Shown here piece by piece: positions 28,186-43,934 of a DNA stretch of 64,000 bases. How positions within the stretch are numbered: position 1 is the stretch's first letter; each line of letters opens with the position of its first letter. The translations under genes and the position numbers were made by a program. The DNA is from Octopus vulgaris (Eukaryota): contig OX597825.1 of assembly GCA_951406725.2 (NCBI GenBank), forward strand, positions 18,414,001-18,478,000, given 5' to 3'. The notes below the pieces were generated by a model. That model searched no databases and was not told where the DNA came from. It saw nothing but the letters and a program-made list of their open reading frames with translations.

Positions 28186-29486
28186 TATATATATATATAT
28201 AATACCGCTTTGATCAATTAGCATACTCTTAAACATTACGGTTTGCCAGACGTACCGATATTCTGTAAGTTGTTTATATTTATTCATCCACATCATTAAC
28301 TGGTTGTTATAGTGTTGCTGTTATTTCTGTTCAGAACAGGTTTGAACATTTTAAGAAAGCTGAAACGCCTAGAAAACCGTGAGCATGTAGATTGAAGAGC
28401 ATGTCGATTGATCAAAAAGGTAATCTAAGAATTCAGCTGGTTGGAACGTTCTAAGAGATACTAAAGGTGTCACGAACTCCACATTTGAAATCTGATGAGT
28501 ACATTACGTATCAATGCGCTAATTTTGTTAAGATTCCATAATAAAAATGTGAAAGTCAGACTGATTTAAATTTGAATAAACTGATATATATATATATATA
28601 TGTGTATGTGTGTATGTGTGTGTGTGTGTGTGTCTATATATATAACGGAGTGTTGTGAAAAAGGCCTAAAAAAGCTTATCAAACTTCCATACCCATGACT
28701 CGACTCTCCTTTCATCTCCAATATTTCAGCTCATAAAACAAAGCTTTCTCGAATCTATCATTTCATTATTTAGTCTTATCGATTTCCTGTTCGGTTCTAA
28801 CATGTACACTCTCTGTCTATTATTAATTTAGTTACTATTTTATTGCGTTTCCATTAGAGAAATAGAGGCAACACTTATGACCTTTGAAGGGACATCGTGA
28901 CTGAGGTGGGTGAGAAAAAGGCCATAACTATTACAGGTAACAGCATATCAAATCATCAGAATACTGGAGAGCAATTCATAATTATTATAACAGTGTAGAA
29001 CAGGTGACTGTGAATCGAGTTAAACTAACCCAAGCGGGGTAAAAATTAAATTCCTGGGAGTTAGAATTATATTTAAAAAAACTGTTCTTTCTTTTATTCA
29101 TTAAATTGGCCATAAAGACCTTACAAAGAGAGGAAACTGCGGGCTGGACAAGGACATAATGAGATGAAATGATTAAGGATATGATGATAATGAGGGCAAC
29201 AGCAATGCCCGCCGATTGCTGTTTGCCCGAGTACATTGTTCTTTATAAGTACCATATTTGAGGTAAACCCCCGAAAAAAACCCGTCGTATGTATGCCTGT
29301 GTGTTGTATGAGTGTGTGTGTGTGCTTGTGCGTGTTTGTGTGTGTGTGTACCTTTGTGCCTATGTTTGTTTCCACACTACCGCTTGACAACCTGTGTTGG
29401 CGTGTTTATGTCCTTGCAATATAGCAGTTCCGCAAAAGAATAAGTACCAGGCTTTTTAAAAAGTAAGTACTAGGGTCGATTCAGTA

Positions 29487-29888
29487 ACTCTTTTACTCTT
29501 TTACTTGTTTCAGTCATTTGTCTGCGGCCATGCTGGAGCACCGCCTTTAATCGAGCAACTCGACTCCGAGACTTATTCTTTTGTAAGCCCTGTACTTATT
29601 CTATCGGGCTCTTTGGCCGAACCGCTAAGTAACGGGGACATAAACACACCAGCATCGGTTGTCAAGCAATGCTAGGGGGACAAACACAGGCACACAAACA
29701 CAAACACGCATATATATATATACAAATATACGACGGGCTTCTTTCAGTTTCCGTCTACCAAATCCACTCACAAGGCTTTGGTTGGCCCGAGGCTATAGTA
29801 GAAGACACTTGCCGAAGGTGCCACGCAGTGGGACTGAACCCGGAACCATGTGGTTGGTAAACAAGCTACTTACCACACAGCCACTCCA
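29487..29888 (-). mobile_element. SINE of the 8213 family nested in an older copy of opposite orientation
   Basis: Reverse complement of 8213-8617. Flanks ~29250-29482 and 29890-29950 join into a + copy. Confidence 0.85.
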
Positions 29889-30509
29889 GCGTTAAATTTC
29901 TTCAAGGCGATGTCCCAGCATTGCGCAGTCTAACGATTGAAACAAGTAAAACTCGTTAAAAAAGATTATATACATAATTTGTATTAAATTTTGATCACTA
30001 GCACAAAAGAAAACAGGGTGGAAAATGGGCTTGGCAGGCAAAATATTAAGCTTAGGCATACAGGCGTCATTCATAAGTAAGCAAGACGCCTTATATTAAT
30101 CTTACTTTGCTTTCATAAGCGCAGACCTTGTAAACATTCTTTAATTGGAACATGATAATAATACTTTCTTTCAAAAGCACAATGACACGATCTTCACATC
30201 TTCATACTTTCTCGTCATGAACAGCATGGCTAAAGCACACAAAATCATTATGGTGATAGGTCTTCAGAAATGTTGGATAATATGTAATTCTCAAAAGTTC
30301 ATTTATCTTTAATGCTAATAATTAATTTCTTTCGGTTATGTCAAATCTCAACGTTTGATGTTTGTGGCTAAGGATTGTAAACAATTCCAGTTTATAATTG
30401 GTAAATATTCTGATCGATCAAATTTTAGATCAGGATAACATGAAGGAATTTTATAACTGGAATTCTCATTGGTCATTTTGAGAGATGAATAAACGGAGAC
30501 ACTTGCCTC

Positions 30510-30730
30510 TCATAATATAGAAACATTACTCATGGCCCCAGCAGACAAAATGGCAAAAGCGTTTCCACAGAGCATAGTGAGGTAGATGCGCTGTAACAAC
30601 CACTCTAACTCACGGGACTCGCACTTTCGGGCAGCAATCTCCGCTCCGATAGCAATGAGCAGGGATATCGTCTGCGGACCAAGAACGCCAGAAGTTTCCA
30701 CTGCTAGTCTCGACCATAAACCTGTCAGAG
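30510..30730 (-). pseudogene. CRE-clade non-LTR retrotransposon 3' fragment (restriction-like endonuclease end)
   Basis: VETSGVLGPQTISLLIAIG...ESRELEWLLQRIYLTMLCGNAFAIL matches the CRE pattern ET.G..G......L..IG.......L.QR.S.....GNA..IL. Confidence 0.75.
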
Positions 30731-32417
30731 AACGACCAATACCTTGAGAGTTGTGATTGATTTTTGATCTATGGCAAATGAAATAAAATTTATATATTTG
30801 TGATAGTGGTCAAATACCAAGATCAGTGCAATTGACTTGCCTCTTCGACGAAATGTTGCTGCCCTTGTAATAAAATTAGTTTGGCTTAATCCTCTGAATG
30901 TTGAACATATTGCTTAGTAGTATTTAGTTTCGGCTTTGTTCGATCTGTATGCAAGTTTCCCAGGCCCTACCGAGATGTAAATCTTCCAGATTTACTGGCA
31001 TTACCGATTAATTTAGTCTACAGATGCATTTAGTCATAGATAGTAAAACAATCAAATGATTCGATTGGGATAAAATAGGTCACTTCCGAATGCTGGGATT
31101 ATATTGAAGGAACTGATAGAAAAGTGGGAAATGAAAAACTTAGAAACCGGTTTGGACAGCTACAACTTTTGAAATTAATAGATTTATACACTACAAAAAT
31201 GTAAGCACACTACAGCGAATCATATACATCAGTTTTAGAAATAGTTTTTATTAGTTTAGCCAATAGGTTAGCGCATGTGGTATATTTTCAGGTAGTTATC
31301 TGCACAGAATACATGTTCGTAACCTGTACGTTCAATGTAAGTATGACGAGGAAGCAGTGACACGATGACGGGCCATTGAATTCATATGCCTCGGTTCGAA
31401 GAATTGTCAGTCACGATTAGCGAAATAGTTAAGTAGGAATTTGACGGGCCACTATCATTAAGAAGTGGTGGCTCTCACTAAAGAGAAGAACAAAGAAGCA
31501 TCTTTCAGATTTAGTAACGAAGTAGCGATAGAGAACGGAGGAATATATGAGCTGGTAATAAATCAATTAGCAGTGAAGTGTCAGAGGAGAATCGGTGGAT
31601 CAGTGTTGAAAGTGTAATCAGATGGCTTGGCGCTTTCTGGAGGTTATTCGGAGTGTAGACATTTCCGGTGCACTGTCTGATGATAAACCATGTCTTTTAC
31701 GACCTGCTTCAGGAAAAAACAAAAATAAGTTGCCTATATCTGCCATATATCCTGGATGTAAGCCTTAAATTTATTCACGATGTGTGAGGATTTATATCTC
31801 TCACCACCGAATGAAATGCGCAAATTGTGTGGTGAATATTTTGGGAGATAATGTTCATGTTGAACTGCCGTAACATACTTAAAAATCATGAACAAAGACC
31901 CAGTGCAATGAAAGCGGAAGAAGATTGCTTGATACGATAACGCAAATAACGAGAGAAAGGGTGGAAAGTCGCGTAAGACACTACAGATTCAGATCAGTTT
32001 GCCGACATTTTAACGGCAGATCATGAACGGAATTTGCAGAAAAGGTTGTGAATGATTTTAAAATTTAATCATACATGTTTTTGTTATCAGTAAATTGCAG
32101 ATTTTAAGCATAATTAACCTTAGAGATAAAACTTATAAAATATTTATGAATTTAGGTTTTAAAATTACAGTATCTTATCTAAGGTTTTAATTGCCAATAA
32201 AAACATCTTTCAAGCCAGGTTTATATTCGGAACACCAGCAAAGAGTGCAGTGATAATGTCTTTATTCAATAAACTGCTATTACTTATCATTAAACTGTCA
32301 TTATACTCGCACTGTATGGTCTACGTTTATCTTTCCCTGTAGGTCACAATTACGGTACACCAGCAACATACAAGATCTTTAAAACTTGATTATACCCATA
32401 ATGTTGGGGGAAAGAAA

Positions 32418-32419
<2 letters not shown>

Positions 32420-32458
<39 letters not shown>

Positions 32459-32483
32459 AGTCAAATTGCGATATAAAATTATG

Positions 32484-32536
<53 letters not shown>

Positions 32537-33340
32537 TGTATATGTATATATATGTATATATATATATATATGTATATATATATGCATATATATACACATA
32601 TATATATACGTATATGTATATATCTATATGTATACATATATGTAAATGTATGTACATATATATATATATATATCACACATATACATCATATATATATACA
32701 CACATATATATATATATATATATATACATACATATATATACATATATATATACATATATACATATATATACATATATATATACATATATACATATATATA
32801 TACATACACATAAACACACATATAGAGAAACAAAATGCAGAAACGCGCGCAGAGTCACTTATATGCATAACCATACACACGCATATCCATATATATATAT
32901 GTGTGTATATATATGTGTGTATGTATGTATATATGTAAATATGTATATATGTACGCATACACACATATAGATACATACATAAATACGTATAAATATATGT
33001 ATGAATACACAAACATATATACACACATTACATATACATATATATATATATTTATATATATACACACATGTAGAAGTATGTATATATATATACACACAAA
33101 CATATGTAAGTGTATATATAAACATATACACACAAACATATGTAGCTATATATAAACAAACACACACACGCACACACACACACAGACACACATACACACA
33201 CATATATATATATGATATAATTTAATTTATTTCCATAACGAAAAATGTACAAGTGCACACGCTTACATGCGCTCGCACACACACACACACACACAGATAC
33301 ACAAACTCACATTCACACCCTGTGTATGTGTGTGTGCGCG
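32420..33340. repeat. (TA)n/(CA)n microsatellite field
   Basis: Seen directly. Confidence 0.97.
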
Positions 33341-33677
33341 CGCGTGTCCGTTTATAGCTGTAAATGAAATGAACCGAAAACCAGCTCTGTCATATAGGTT
33401 GGAGTAAAATTTATATACCATTTATATACCATTCTCGGGAGACAGAATCATATTTCTGCATGATAGATAGTGTTCACATCATACACCGACTACGTATGTG
33501 TCATCAGTCGAACGGCAAAGAAAAAAGTGAAGGAAAAAATTATCATGTCCCGCGTGAAAAAAGTGATATGTACTGTAACAATATGTGTGTTGGATGCCGA
33601 TGAATAACTAATTTTAACTTGATGTCGAAGAGTTCAGATCTCATCAGCATATAGATGTGTAACATATTTCTGAGTGC

Positions 33678-33742
<65 letters not shown>

Positions 33743-33745
<3 letters not shown>

Positions 33746-33971
33746 TTACTACCTACAAGGGGCTAAACACAGAGGGGACAAACAAGGACAGACAAAGGGA
33801 TAAAGTCGATTACATCGACCCCAGTGCGTAACTGGTTCTTAATTTATCGAGCCCGAAATGATGAAAGGCAAAGTCGACCTCGGCGGAATTTGAACTCGGA
33901 ACGTAACGACAGACGAAATACGGCTACGCATTTTGCCCGACGTGCTAACGTTTCTGCCAGCTCGCCGCCTT
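33743..33971 (-). mobile_element. SINE of the 46174 family inside (TA)n
   Basis: Full reverse complement of 46174-46404. Confidence 0.9.
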
Positions 33972-33972
33972 A

Positions 33973-34957
<985 letters not shown>

Positions 34958-36179
34958 CGCGCTCCCTTGCCTCTCTCCCCGTCCCTCCTACTTCCTCCCA
35001 CCCACCTCTTCTCTCTTGCTCCGACTCCTACTTCTCTTCACTCCTACTTCTCTTCATCCCTGCTCTCTATTTCTCTTACCCATCCCACCCCATCCGATCC
35101 CTTACACCCTCTCCCATATACCCTACCTCTACCTCACCCTCTGCCTACCCACATTCCCCACCCTACCTCCACCCTCTGCTTAACACATACCCACCTCTAC
35201 TCCCACCCTCTGCCTACCCACATACCTACCTCTACCCCAACCCTCAGCCTAACTCACACCTCATCCGTGCTTTCCCCACTCTCGCCTCCCCACCTCCCAA
35301 CACCATCACACCGCACCACACTGCACCATACCACAAAACACATCACATCACAATACACCACCACGCACACAATTTTATTTGTCACTTGACTAATGAAATC
35401 ACCACACTTTTGTTTCCATTTTAAAAATTATATACACTCATTAATGAGCATGTTCACTATAAAGAGAATCGCACGATAATTTCAACCGTGGCCGATGACA
35501 AAGTTATAGCTGTGTGGTAAGAGGTTTGCTTTCCAACTACATGTTTCTGGGTTCTGTCCCACTTCATGGCACTGTGTGCTGGTATAGTATATTACAGTAC
35601 TGGGCTGACCATAGCTTGCTGGTTAGATTTGGTATATGGAAACTGTGTGTATATACATACATATATATGAATGTGTGTGTATATGTTTATTTGTCTCTCA
35701 CCACCGCTGAGCAACCGGTGTTATTTTGTTTACGTCCCAGTAACGTAACGGTTCGGCAAAATAGCACGATAAAATAACTATCAGGCTTAAAGATAAGTAA
35801 AACATGTAAAAGAAACCTCATATATACACATACATATACATACTTTGAGTGTGTGCATCTTATTACGGCCGCGCCAGCTATAATCTATTCAAGAATGGCA
35901 TATCTGAAATAAAATCGATGTTTATAAATTGTAATTTTAACTAATCAATCTATTATACAATCAATCGATCAATCATTTTATTGTAAATTACATTTAAGAG
36001 CAGACAGGCTGCTTGTTTCATTGTTGAATTTTTTCTTCATTACTTTGTTACTTTTTCAATTATCTTAAAATTAACAACATTTTATTGACATTATTGTTGA
36101 AGATTTTTTTTTAATGCAAATATATGAATAAATCGTAAAAAAAAAAAGAGAGAGTAAGGTAAATGTAAACTAATTTCTT

Positions 36180-37412
36180 TTTACATTGTTTTCATTCGAC
36201 GGATATTTGTCCTCATCTTGTTTGTTCTTAACGCAACGTTTCGGCTGATATAAACCTCCAGCCTTCCTCAGGGGTCTTGGGGAAATTTCGAACCTGGGTT
36301 CTCATTCCTAAGGTATTTTTCGATGTTATTATTATTATTTTTACTACTACTGTTGTTACTGTTCATGTCACTGCTTGGAATCGAACACAGTAGCGCGCTC
36401 TCTTAATCACTACGCCATATGCCCGTGTACAATTATGGAGTGAATTTTAGGGCTTATAAATCTAATATTTTTCTATTCTTCCTTAATACTGGTTCCCATA
36501 TGCTGCTCATATCTGCACTCGGTCTGCTTAGGAGGTTGTTGTGTCCGAGCACATTAGCTGCTTCTTTTAGTTTCCGTATTTTCCACTGGTGTTCTCTGTA
36601 TATTATTTTAACTTCATCCCACAAGGGGAGGTGGTCTCCATTTTCCATACATGATCAGCTATACCCCAGTTATCAATATCCCCTTGTGTCACTGCTTTGC
36701 GATGTTCGTCGATTCTTATTTTGAGGGGGAGGCATGTTTTGCCTTTGTATATCCTACCACAGCTGCATGGGATGGTGTACACGCAGTCTTTGGTCATATT
36801 CTCTTCTATTGGTGGTTTTACTCGAAGGAGATATTTGCGAGGCGTTGTATTACTCTTGAATACTGTCCTGATGTCATATGGGCAGCATATATTTTGCATC
36901 TTTTCGGAAAGGCCTTTCACATAAGGTAGACAGACAGTGGACAGTTTATTGACCTCATCCTCTCTCTTCTTCATAAATGGATCGGATAGTATACTTTTGG
37001 GGTAGTTGTTGCTTAACAGATCATTATTGATCTTTACCATTTGTTCGTGGTGTGTATCACAATCGCTACTTATATTCTTTGCATGATGCTTTAGGCACTG
37101 AGCAATCCCTGTCTTTACACTGTATGGATGGTCGGAATTGAAGTTGAGTTATCATCCAGTAAAGGTCAGCTTGCGGTATACGGCTGTCCTGAATCCATAC
37201 TTAGTGCGTGTTATTAATACATCCAGGAATGCCAGCAGATTGTCTTTTCCCTTTTTTTCCATTGTGAACTGTATAGATGGCTTTAGTGAGTTCCCATGAT
37301 GTAACAGCAAGCACTTGGACATCTTCCTGGTGAGGCCAGAGTATAAAGATGTCATCAACATATTGTAGCCATAGTGTTGGTTTTAGTGGTGTTGACCCTA
37401 AAGCAAAATTCT
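36180..37412 (-). mobile_element. 5'-truncated Penelope-like element (RT end, GIY-YIG, 3' pLTR)
   Basis: WLQYVDDIFILW; LAFLDVLITR...TAVYRKLTFTG; VCLPYVKGLSEK; CVYTIPCSCGRIYKGKT...RIDEH. Stop at 36454; several frameshifts. Confidence 0.92.
36230..36276 (-). ncRNA. Hammerhead ribozyme motif in the PLE 3' pLTR
   Basis: Minus strand CTGAGGA-A-GGCTG(gaggtttatat)CAGCC-GAAACGTT: intact CUGANGA/GAAA core and 5-bp stem II. Stem I is partly mismatched. Confidence 0.75.
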
Positions 37413-37414
37413 TC

Positions 37415-37818
37415 AAAGAATATGAGTAGCGATCTTGATACACATCACAAAGAAATGATCAAGCTCATTATGTCTGGAAAAATGGAGACCACCTCCCCCT
37501 GTGGGATGAAGTTGAAATAATAGACAGAGAACACCACTGGAAAATACGAAAACTAAAAGAAGCAACTCATATGCTAGGACACAACAACCTCCTAAGCAGA
37601 CCGAGTGCAGATAGGAGCAGCACATGGTAACCAGTATTAAGGAAGAATAGAAAAATATTAGATTTATAAGCCCTAAAATTCAATCCATAATTGCACACGG
37701 GCATATGGCGTAGTGGTTAAGAGCGCGGGCTACTAACCTCCGAATTCGATCCCAAGTAGTGGCCTGAACAATAATAGTAACAACATCGATAACTACCTTA
37801 GGAATGAGAACCCAGGTT
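37415..37818 (+). mobile_element. Inverted partial copy of the PLE 3' end (inverted pLTR)
   Basis: 37470-37818 is the reverse complement of ~36291-36650, and 37415-37468 of ~37030-37080. Confidence 0.9.
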
Positions 37819-38584
37819 ATACACATGTATATATACATATATATGCAGGCATGTATGTGTATATAAATATATATATGTTATTTTATGTATATACATATAC
37901 TACATACACACACATATCCAGCTTCAGGAAGAGTATCCTCCAATTGCCAATTTACTAAAAATCAGATTCTTTCCGGAATTTGTTCCATTTTTAATTCTTT
38001 GGTTCTTTTTTTTTTTGTCACAAGAATTAATTATTCAGATAATTGACATTTCCTTCATTAATCCGCGTGATATCATAATTACTTGAAATTTGTTCATTTA
38101 AGTCATTGACATTACCTTACTTCTTTATTCAGCAGGGGGCCCAAAAGTACACGTATACATTTCCTTCTAGTGATATGATCACAACACTAAGGTAGTGAGC
38201 TGGCAGAATCGTTAGCATGCCGGCATTATGTATACCTATACGTTCTGAGTTCAAATTCCACCGAAATCGATTTTGGTTTTCATCCTTTCGGGGCCGATAA
38301 AATAAGTAATAGTTGTGCACTGAGGGCGTGGTAACCGACTTACCCACACTTCCGAACTTGCTCTCCTTGTGCCAAGGTTTCAAACCGATATTATCACAAC
38401 TCTAAGGCAACGTGCTAGCTTAATCTTTAGCATTCCGGACAAAATGGTTATCGGCATCTCAACCGTCTTTACATATTCAGTTTCAAATATCCGGAAGTTG
38501 AATTTGACCCTCATCCTCCCGGTATCGATGAAACAAGTACCAGTTGAACACTTGAGTTGATGTAATCGACGTTCCCTCTTATTA

Positions 38585-38815
38585 TATCTTTATTAACCAC
38601 AAGGAGCTAAACATAGAGAAGACAAACAAGGACAGACAAAGGTATTAGGTCGATTACATCGACCCCAGTGCGTAACTGGTACTTAATTTATCGACCCCGT
38701 AAGGATGAAAGGCAAAGTCGACCTCGGCGGAATTTGAACTTAGAACGTAGCGACAGACAAAATACTGCTAAGCATTTCGCTCAGCGTGCTAACGTTTCTG
38801 CTAGCTCGCCGCCTT
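38585..38815 (-). mobile_element. SINE of the 46174 family nested in an older SINE
   Basis: TSD ACGTTCCCTCTTAT on both sides. Confidence 0.9.
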
Positions 38816-40996
38816 ATACGTTCCCTCTTATACGAAGTTGCTGGCCTTGTGCTGAAATTTGAGATCAATAGTATCAGAATCACACGATTCTAACTAATTT
38901 GTCCTCACTGTTATAGAAATAAAATTTCTTAGAAACAGGAAAAAACAACGAGACGTCTCCTAAAATTACATCCGTTATTCTATGTTGCAGCTAGCCACAA
39001 TACTGCACTCAAGAATTCGATGTCTGATATAACAGCCTATCCTCTGCTGTCTTATTAATTTTTGTCACCAGAACGATCGTGCTTTGCAGGAGACTCTCAA
39101 TAGCAACGGAATGAGCGAAGTGCTTCTTCGCAATCAATAAAATCTACAAAATCCATCCATCCAGCCATCCATCTATCCTTCTATGTATATGTGCTTTTGT
39201 GTGGGAGTGCGACGTACGTGCACGCCTGTGTGGAGGCACGAGGTTTAGTGGGTAGGGTTTTGTATTTTTATAATCATAAAATTGTGATTTCGATTCCTGC
39301 TCCAGACGATGCGTTGGTTTCACGAGCAAAACACTTAATTTCTCCTTCCTGTATTACACTCAAGTGGCAAAAATGTTATATATGTTTGTATATAGGTGTG
39401 TGTGTTTGTATGTGTGTTGTGTTTTTTAAAGTTGGTTTTTATGTTCAATTGTAAAAACAAAACACTTTTACATTAATCTGATGGACTACTCTATGCTTTT
39501 GTAGAACATTAATTTAGTATTCTTAAGCCAATATATCATTGACAGTAACTTCGAATTTTCGGTCAGTTAACTCATCATCGATTGTATACATACATACATA
39601 CAGTGGCTGTGTGGTAAGAAGCTTGCCTACCAACCACATGGTTCCGGGTTCGTTCCCACTGCGTAGCACCTTGGGCAAGTGTCTTATACTATAGCCTCGG
39701 GCAGACCAAAGCCTTGTGAATGGATTTGATAGATTTGGTAGACGGAAACTGAAAGAAGCCCGTCGTATATATGTATATATGTATATGTTTGTGTGTATAG
39801 GTGTTCGTGCGCGCACATGTTATTGTTCTTTTCCTTCTGAATTCAAATCTCACTTGCATCATTCGTTTCTTTCATACTTCCGCGATGGATAACATAGAGT
39901 AACATCAAAGTAACATGAAATTATCGGGATCTATATATTCCAAAGAGCACCCTCCCCACTAACGTACTAAAACTAGAAATCACTGCTAGACATCTTTTCC
40001 CTGTATTAAAGCGGTTGCTATGTGACAGAATTGTGAAAAAAAAATCGAGGAGAAAATGACTGGTTACAACACATTGTTTTTAGTTCAAATCTCGTCAATG
40101 ACTATTTTAGCATCCAACCACCTAAACAGATAAAATGAAATATCGACAAGTTCAACTGTCTATACATAATGAGTAGTCTTGTGTCATATTCATAACAGAT
40201 GCGTTTGCTGACATTTTTGTATTGTTGTTGGCAGAGTTCGTCGGAAATAGCCAAAAAAATGTTGATGTTCTGTTTCTTCGGTTTCGGATTTTCAATTTTA
40301 GCTCCGGCTCCTCTGTCATGGATCATACTTTCCAAATTTTTATTTTTCAAAATAAAAAGAAATTAATAGTAAGATGGGAAATAATGTTTATTTTTGTATA
40401 CTTTCACTTTAGAATTGAAAAGTTACCTCTTATTTTTTTAAACTGCAAAATCTTTGATCATATCTTCAAAATTAATCTTACGTAAGGCTCTGTCGCTATA
40501 CTTTGTAGAGATAAGGCATCCCGAATATTGTTTTACCAAATTTAAGGTGATTTCTTTTCTGCCCTAAACCAGTTACCATTTCTGTGGTGCCCACACTTTC
40601 CTTGATGTTTTAAGCACATGCCTATTTTGTATAATGGTTAATCCAGCACTGGTCGGATATGTACTGTGTAAGTATGTATGACTTGTATCTTCAACTATCG
40701 GCTACATCCTTAACGCCTGGCTGGAGGACCAAACAAACGATTCAGAGACCAGCTAAGGCGGCAATCTGGCAGACTCGTTAGCCTGCCGGGTGAAATGCTT
40801 AGTGGTATTTCGTCTGCCGCTAAGTTCTGAGTTCAAATTCTACCAAGGTCGAGTTTACCTTTCATCCTTTCAGGGTCGATATATTAAGAACCACTTGAAT
40901 ACTAGGGTTGATATAATCGTCTATTCCCCTTCCTCGAAAAATTTCAAGAGCCAAGATATGAATTTGAGGTGGAGGTGTTGAGTTATTTATTATTTA

Positions 40997-41400
40997 CAAA
41001 GGCAGTGAGCTGGCAGAATCATTAGCAAGCCGGGCAAAAGGCTTAGCGGTATTTCGTCTACCGCTACGTTCTGAGTTCAAATTCCGCCGAGGTCAACTTT
41101 GCCTTTCATCCTTTCGGGGTCGATTAAATAAGTACCATTTACGCACTGGGGTCGATATAATCGACTTAATTCGTTTGTCTGTCCTTGTTTGTCCCCTCTG
41201 TGTTTGACCCTTGTGGATAGTAAAGAAATAGGTAATTCGTCTGCCGCTACGTTCTGAGTTCAAATTCCGCTGAGGTCGACTGTGCCTTTCATTCTTTTGG
41301 GGTCGATTAAATAAGTACCAGTAACGCACTGGGGTCGATGTAATAGATTTAACCTGTTTGTCCTCTCTGTGTTTAGCCCCTTGTGGGTAGTAAAGAAATA
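40997..41400 (+). mobile_element. Tandem pair of 46174-family SINEs (second 5'-truncated)
   Basis: Two successive bodies, each ending TAGTAAAGAAATAG. Confidence 0.88.
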
Positions 41401-42981
41401 GCTATTCCACATAGTTTCCGTCTGCCAAATTCTCTTACAAGGCATTGGCCGGCCCATGGAGAAACAGGAAGACACTTGCTCAAGATGTCATTTAATGGTA
41501 CTGAACTGGGAACCAAGCCGTTGCAAGGCGAATTTCTTAAGCATACAGCAACAGAGAAATGGTAAAAATCACACAACCATGTGGAAATAATAATAATAAC
41601 AAAAGAAATGTAAAAGAAAGAAACCAAAATATAAGTCTTTCAGCAAAATAAAAAAAAAATAAAGAGGAGTGAAAAATAAAAATAAAAGAAACCTGAGTCA
41701 GAGAGAGGAATGGTAAATAGGTTAAGTTAGCAAATTTTGGAAAATATACGAATTTAGAATATGTTGTGACACGTCTTATTGTTCTTGTCAAGCCGTGCTT
41801 CACATTCATACAAACCCTATTTTCTTACCATTCATATATTTTCATCATCTTCGTTGTAAAACAAGTCTCATCGAGCGTACATTCTTATGCTAGAAAATAT
41901 TCCAGCCGTGACAATCATGCTGGCTTTTTTGCCTTTTTCTGTTTGTGTATTCATGCAATGATTTTTTTTTCTTTAGCAAAATGGCTGCTTGTGATTTGAA
42001 CGGAACATCGCTTCTATTTCTGTTTTGGTTCTGTTATTTTTCTTTATCTCTTTTACGTGTTCCAGGCAAAAGGCTGTGGCTATGCTGGAGCAACGTCATT
42101 TGTCCACATTTCTTCGTTTGATATAATTCTATTGTAAACTCATGACATATATATCAGCAAGCATATTTAATTTGTTTGGTCTTCTCCGAATATGCTTAAT
42201 CAATACACTTTTAACTCTTTCTATATCGTAGCGTGACAGAATTGTTTTCTGGAGTTGAAGGGAAATTCTTTTATTTATTTCTACCTCTATTTCATGATGT
42301 CAATTCTAAGTGCTTTTATATGTCTAGACATGAATTTAATTGTTGATTCCCACCAAAATCTTTTATATATGTTTTGGCAATGCACCTAAAATTAAACATT
42401 TCTTTAACCGCTACGGTCAATTTATTGCAATCACTTTCATTCCAGTTTTTCAGTACATTTGTTTAATCGAGAATCGTTGCATTTTATTGCAACCAAAAAT
42501 ACCTACGCTACCATTTTCCTGCCTCAATTACTCAAAATTATTCAAGTACTTTTCTATTGTCATTGTAAAATTGGTTTTAAGGTGGAAAAAATTTAAATGA
42601 CTCGGTCGGTCTTGTTTGTTCCTTTGGGAAGATCTCACGTTTCTTTTTTAATACTCAGCTTTAGAACCTTCAGCGCTCCTCAGTGCATTGTGTGCCAAGC
42701 TTCTTCCACCGAGTTCGTTCAACCTCCATTCTTAATAAAAATCCATTCCATGTAATATTGGCTTGAAATTGTGGCACAAGGTCAGAAGGCTCAGTGGTAG
42801 AGGGTGAGTCGTTACATCGACCCCAGTGTTCAACTGATACTTATGTCACTGACCCCTATGCTGGGACGAACGCTTATTTCCCGCCGATATGTATAGTAAC
42901 TTTAACACAGTACCTCCATATCTCAGGATAAATGCCGTAGAAACTAGTCTATCAACGCTGTCTTTCTTTTAGACTTTTTAG

Positions 42982-43365
42982 TCTTTTACTTGTTTCGGTA
43001 ATTTGACTGCGGCCATGCTGGAGCACCTCCTTTAGTCGAGCAAATCGATGCCGGGACTTATTCCTTGCAAGCCCAGGACTTATTCAATCGCTAAGTTACG
43101 GGGACGCAAACACAACAGCATCAGTTGTCAAGCGATGTTGGGCGGGGGACAAACGCAGACACACAAACATATACATGCACATACAAATATATATACATAT
43201 ATACGACAGGCCTCTTTCAGTTTCCGTCCATCAAATCCACTCAAAGGCCTTGGTCGGCCCGAGGCTATAGTAGAAGACACTTACCCCAAGTGCCACGCAG
43301 TGGGACTGAACCCGGAACCATGTGGTTCGTAAGCAAGCCACTTTCCACACGGCCACTCCTACGCC
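42982..43365 (-). mobile_element. SINE of the 8213 family
   Basis: Reverse complement of 8213-8617. Confidence 0.85.
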
Positions 43366-43934
43366 TCTATATGCATTAAGTATGATATATACATGGCTAT
43401 TATTATTACTTTATATGCTTCTCGCGGTTGAGTATCGATCACTTTTCAGCTAAAGGTTTCTTCCCTGAAACATTTACTCTCACATTAGCTCACTTGCTTT
43501 CCATTCAACCTTAATGGAAACTTATTACTTACTCGATTTTGTCTATTTTTCTTTCACAATGTTTGAAGGTCCTCTTTGAATTTTGAATATTGTAAACAAT
43601 ATCTCTAATTTTATCATTATTTCTTTCTAGCAAATCATTTTTATAGCTTTTCCTGTTCCTTGTCAAAATTAATTTATTTTTTCATATCTATTATCCAAAT
43701 CATTTTACATTCTATCACTTCATATAATTTACTTTATTTTCTGTGATTACTGTAAAATAGTTATATATTTGTATCATGTCTCTTCGATTATATTAACAAG
43801 GTGAGTTTTATTTCTATGAATATCAGGCTGGATATTATAATACACAAATCAATTTGTAGGGTTGGCTTTTCTTTTATAGCTAATGTCCTTGAATAAGTGG
43901 CGAATAATTTATTGATATTTATATTTGATATTCA

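Noticed and set aside
28490-28520. CTGATGA possible hammerhead
   Set aside because: No GAAA after the putative stem II.
31300-32050. Faint Penelope or transposase-like peptides
   Set aside because: Too degraded to assign without a search.
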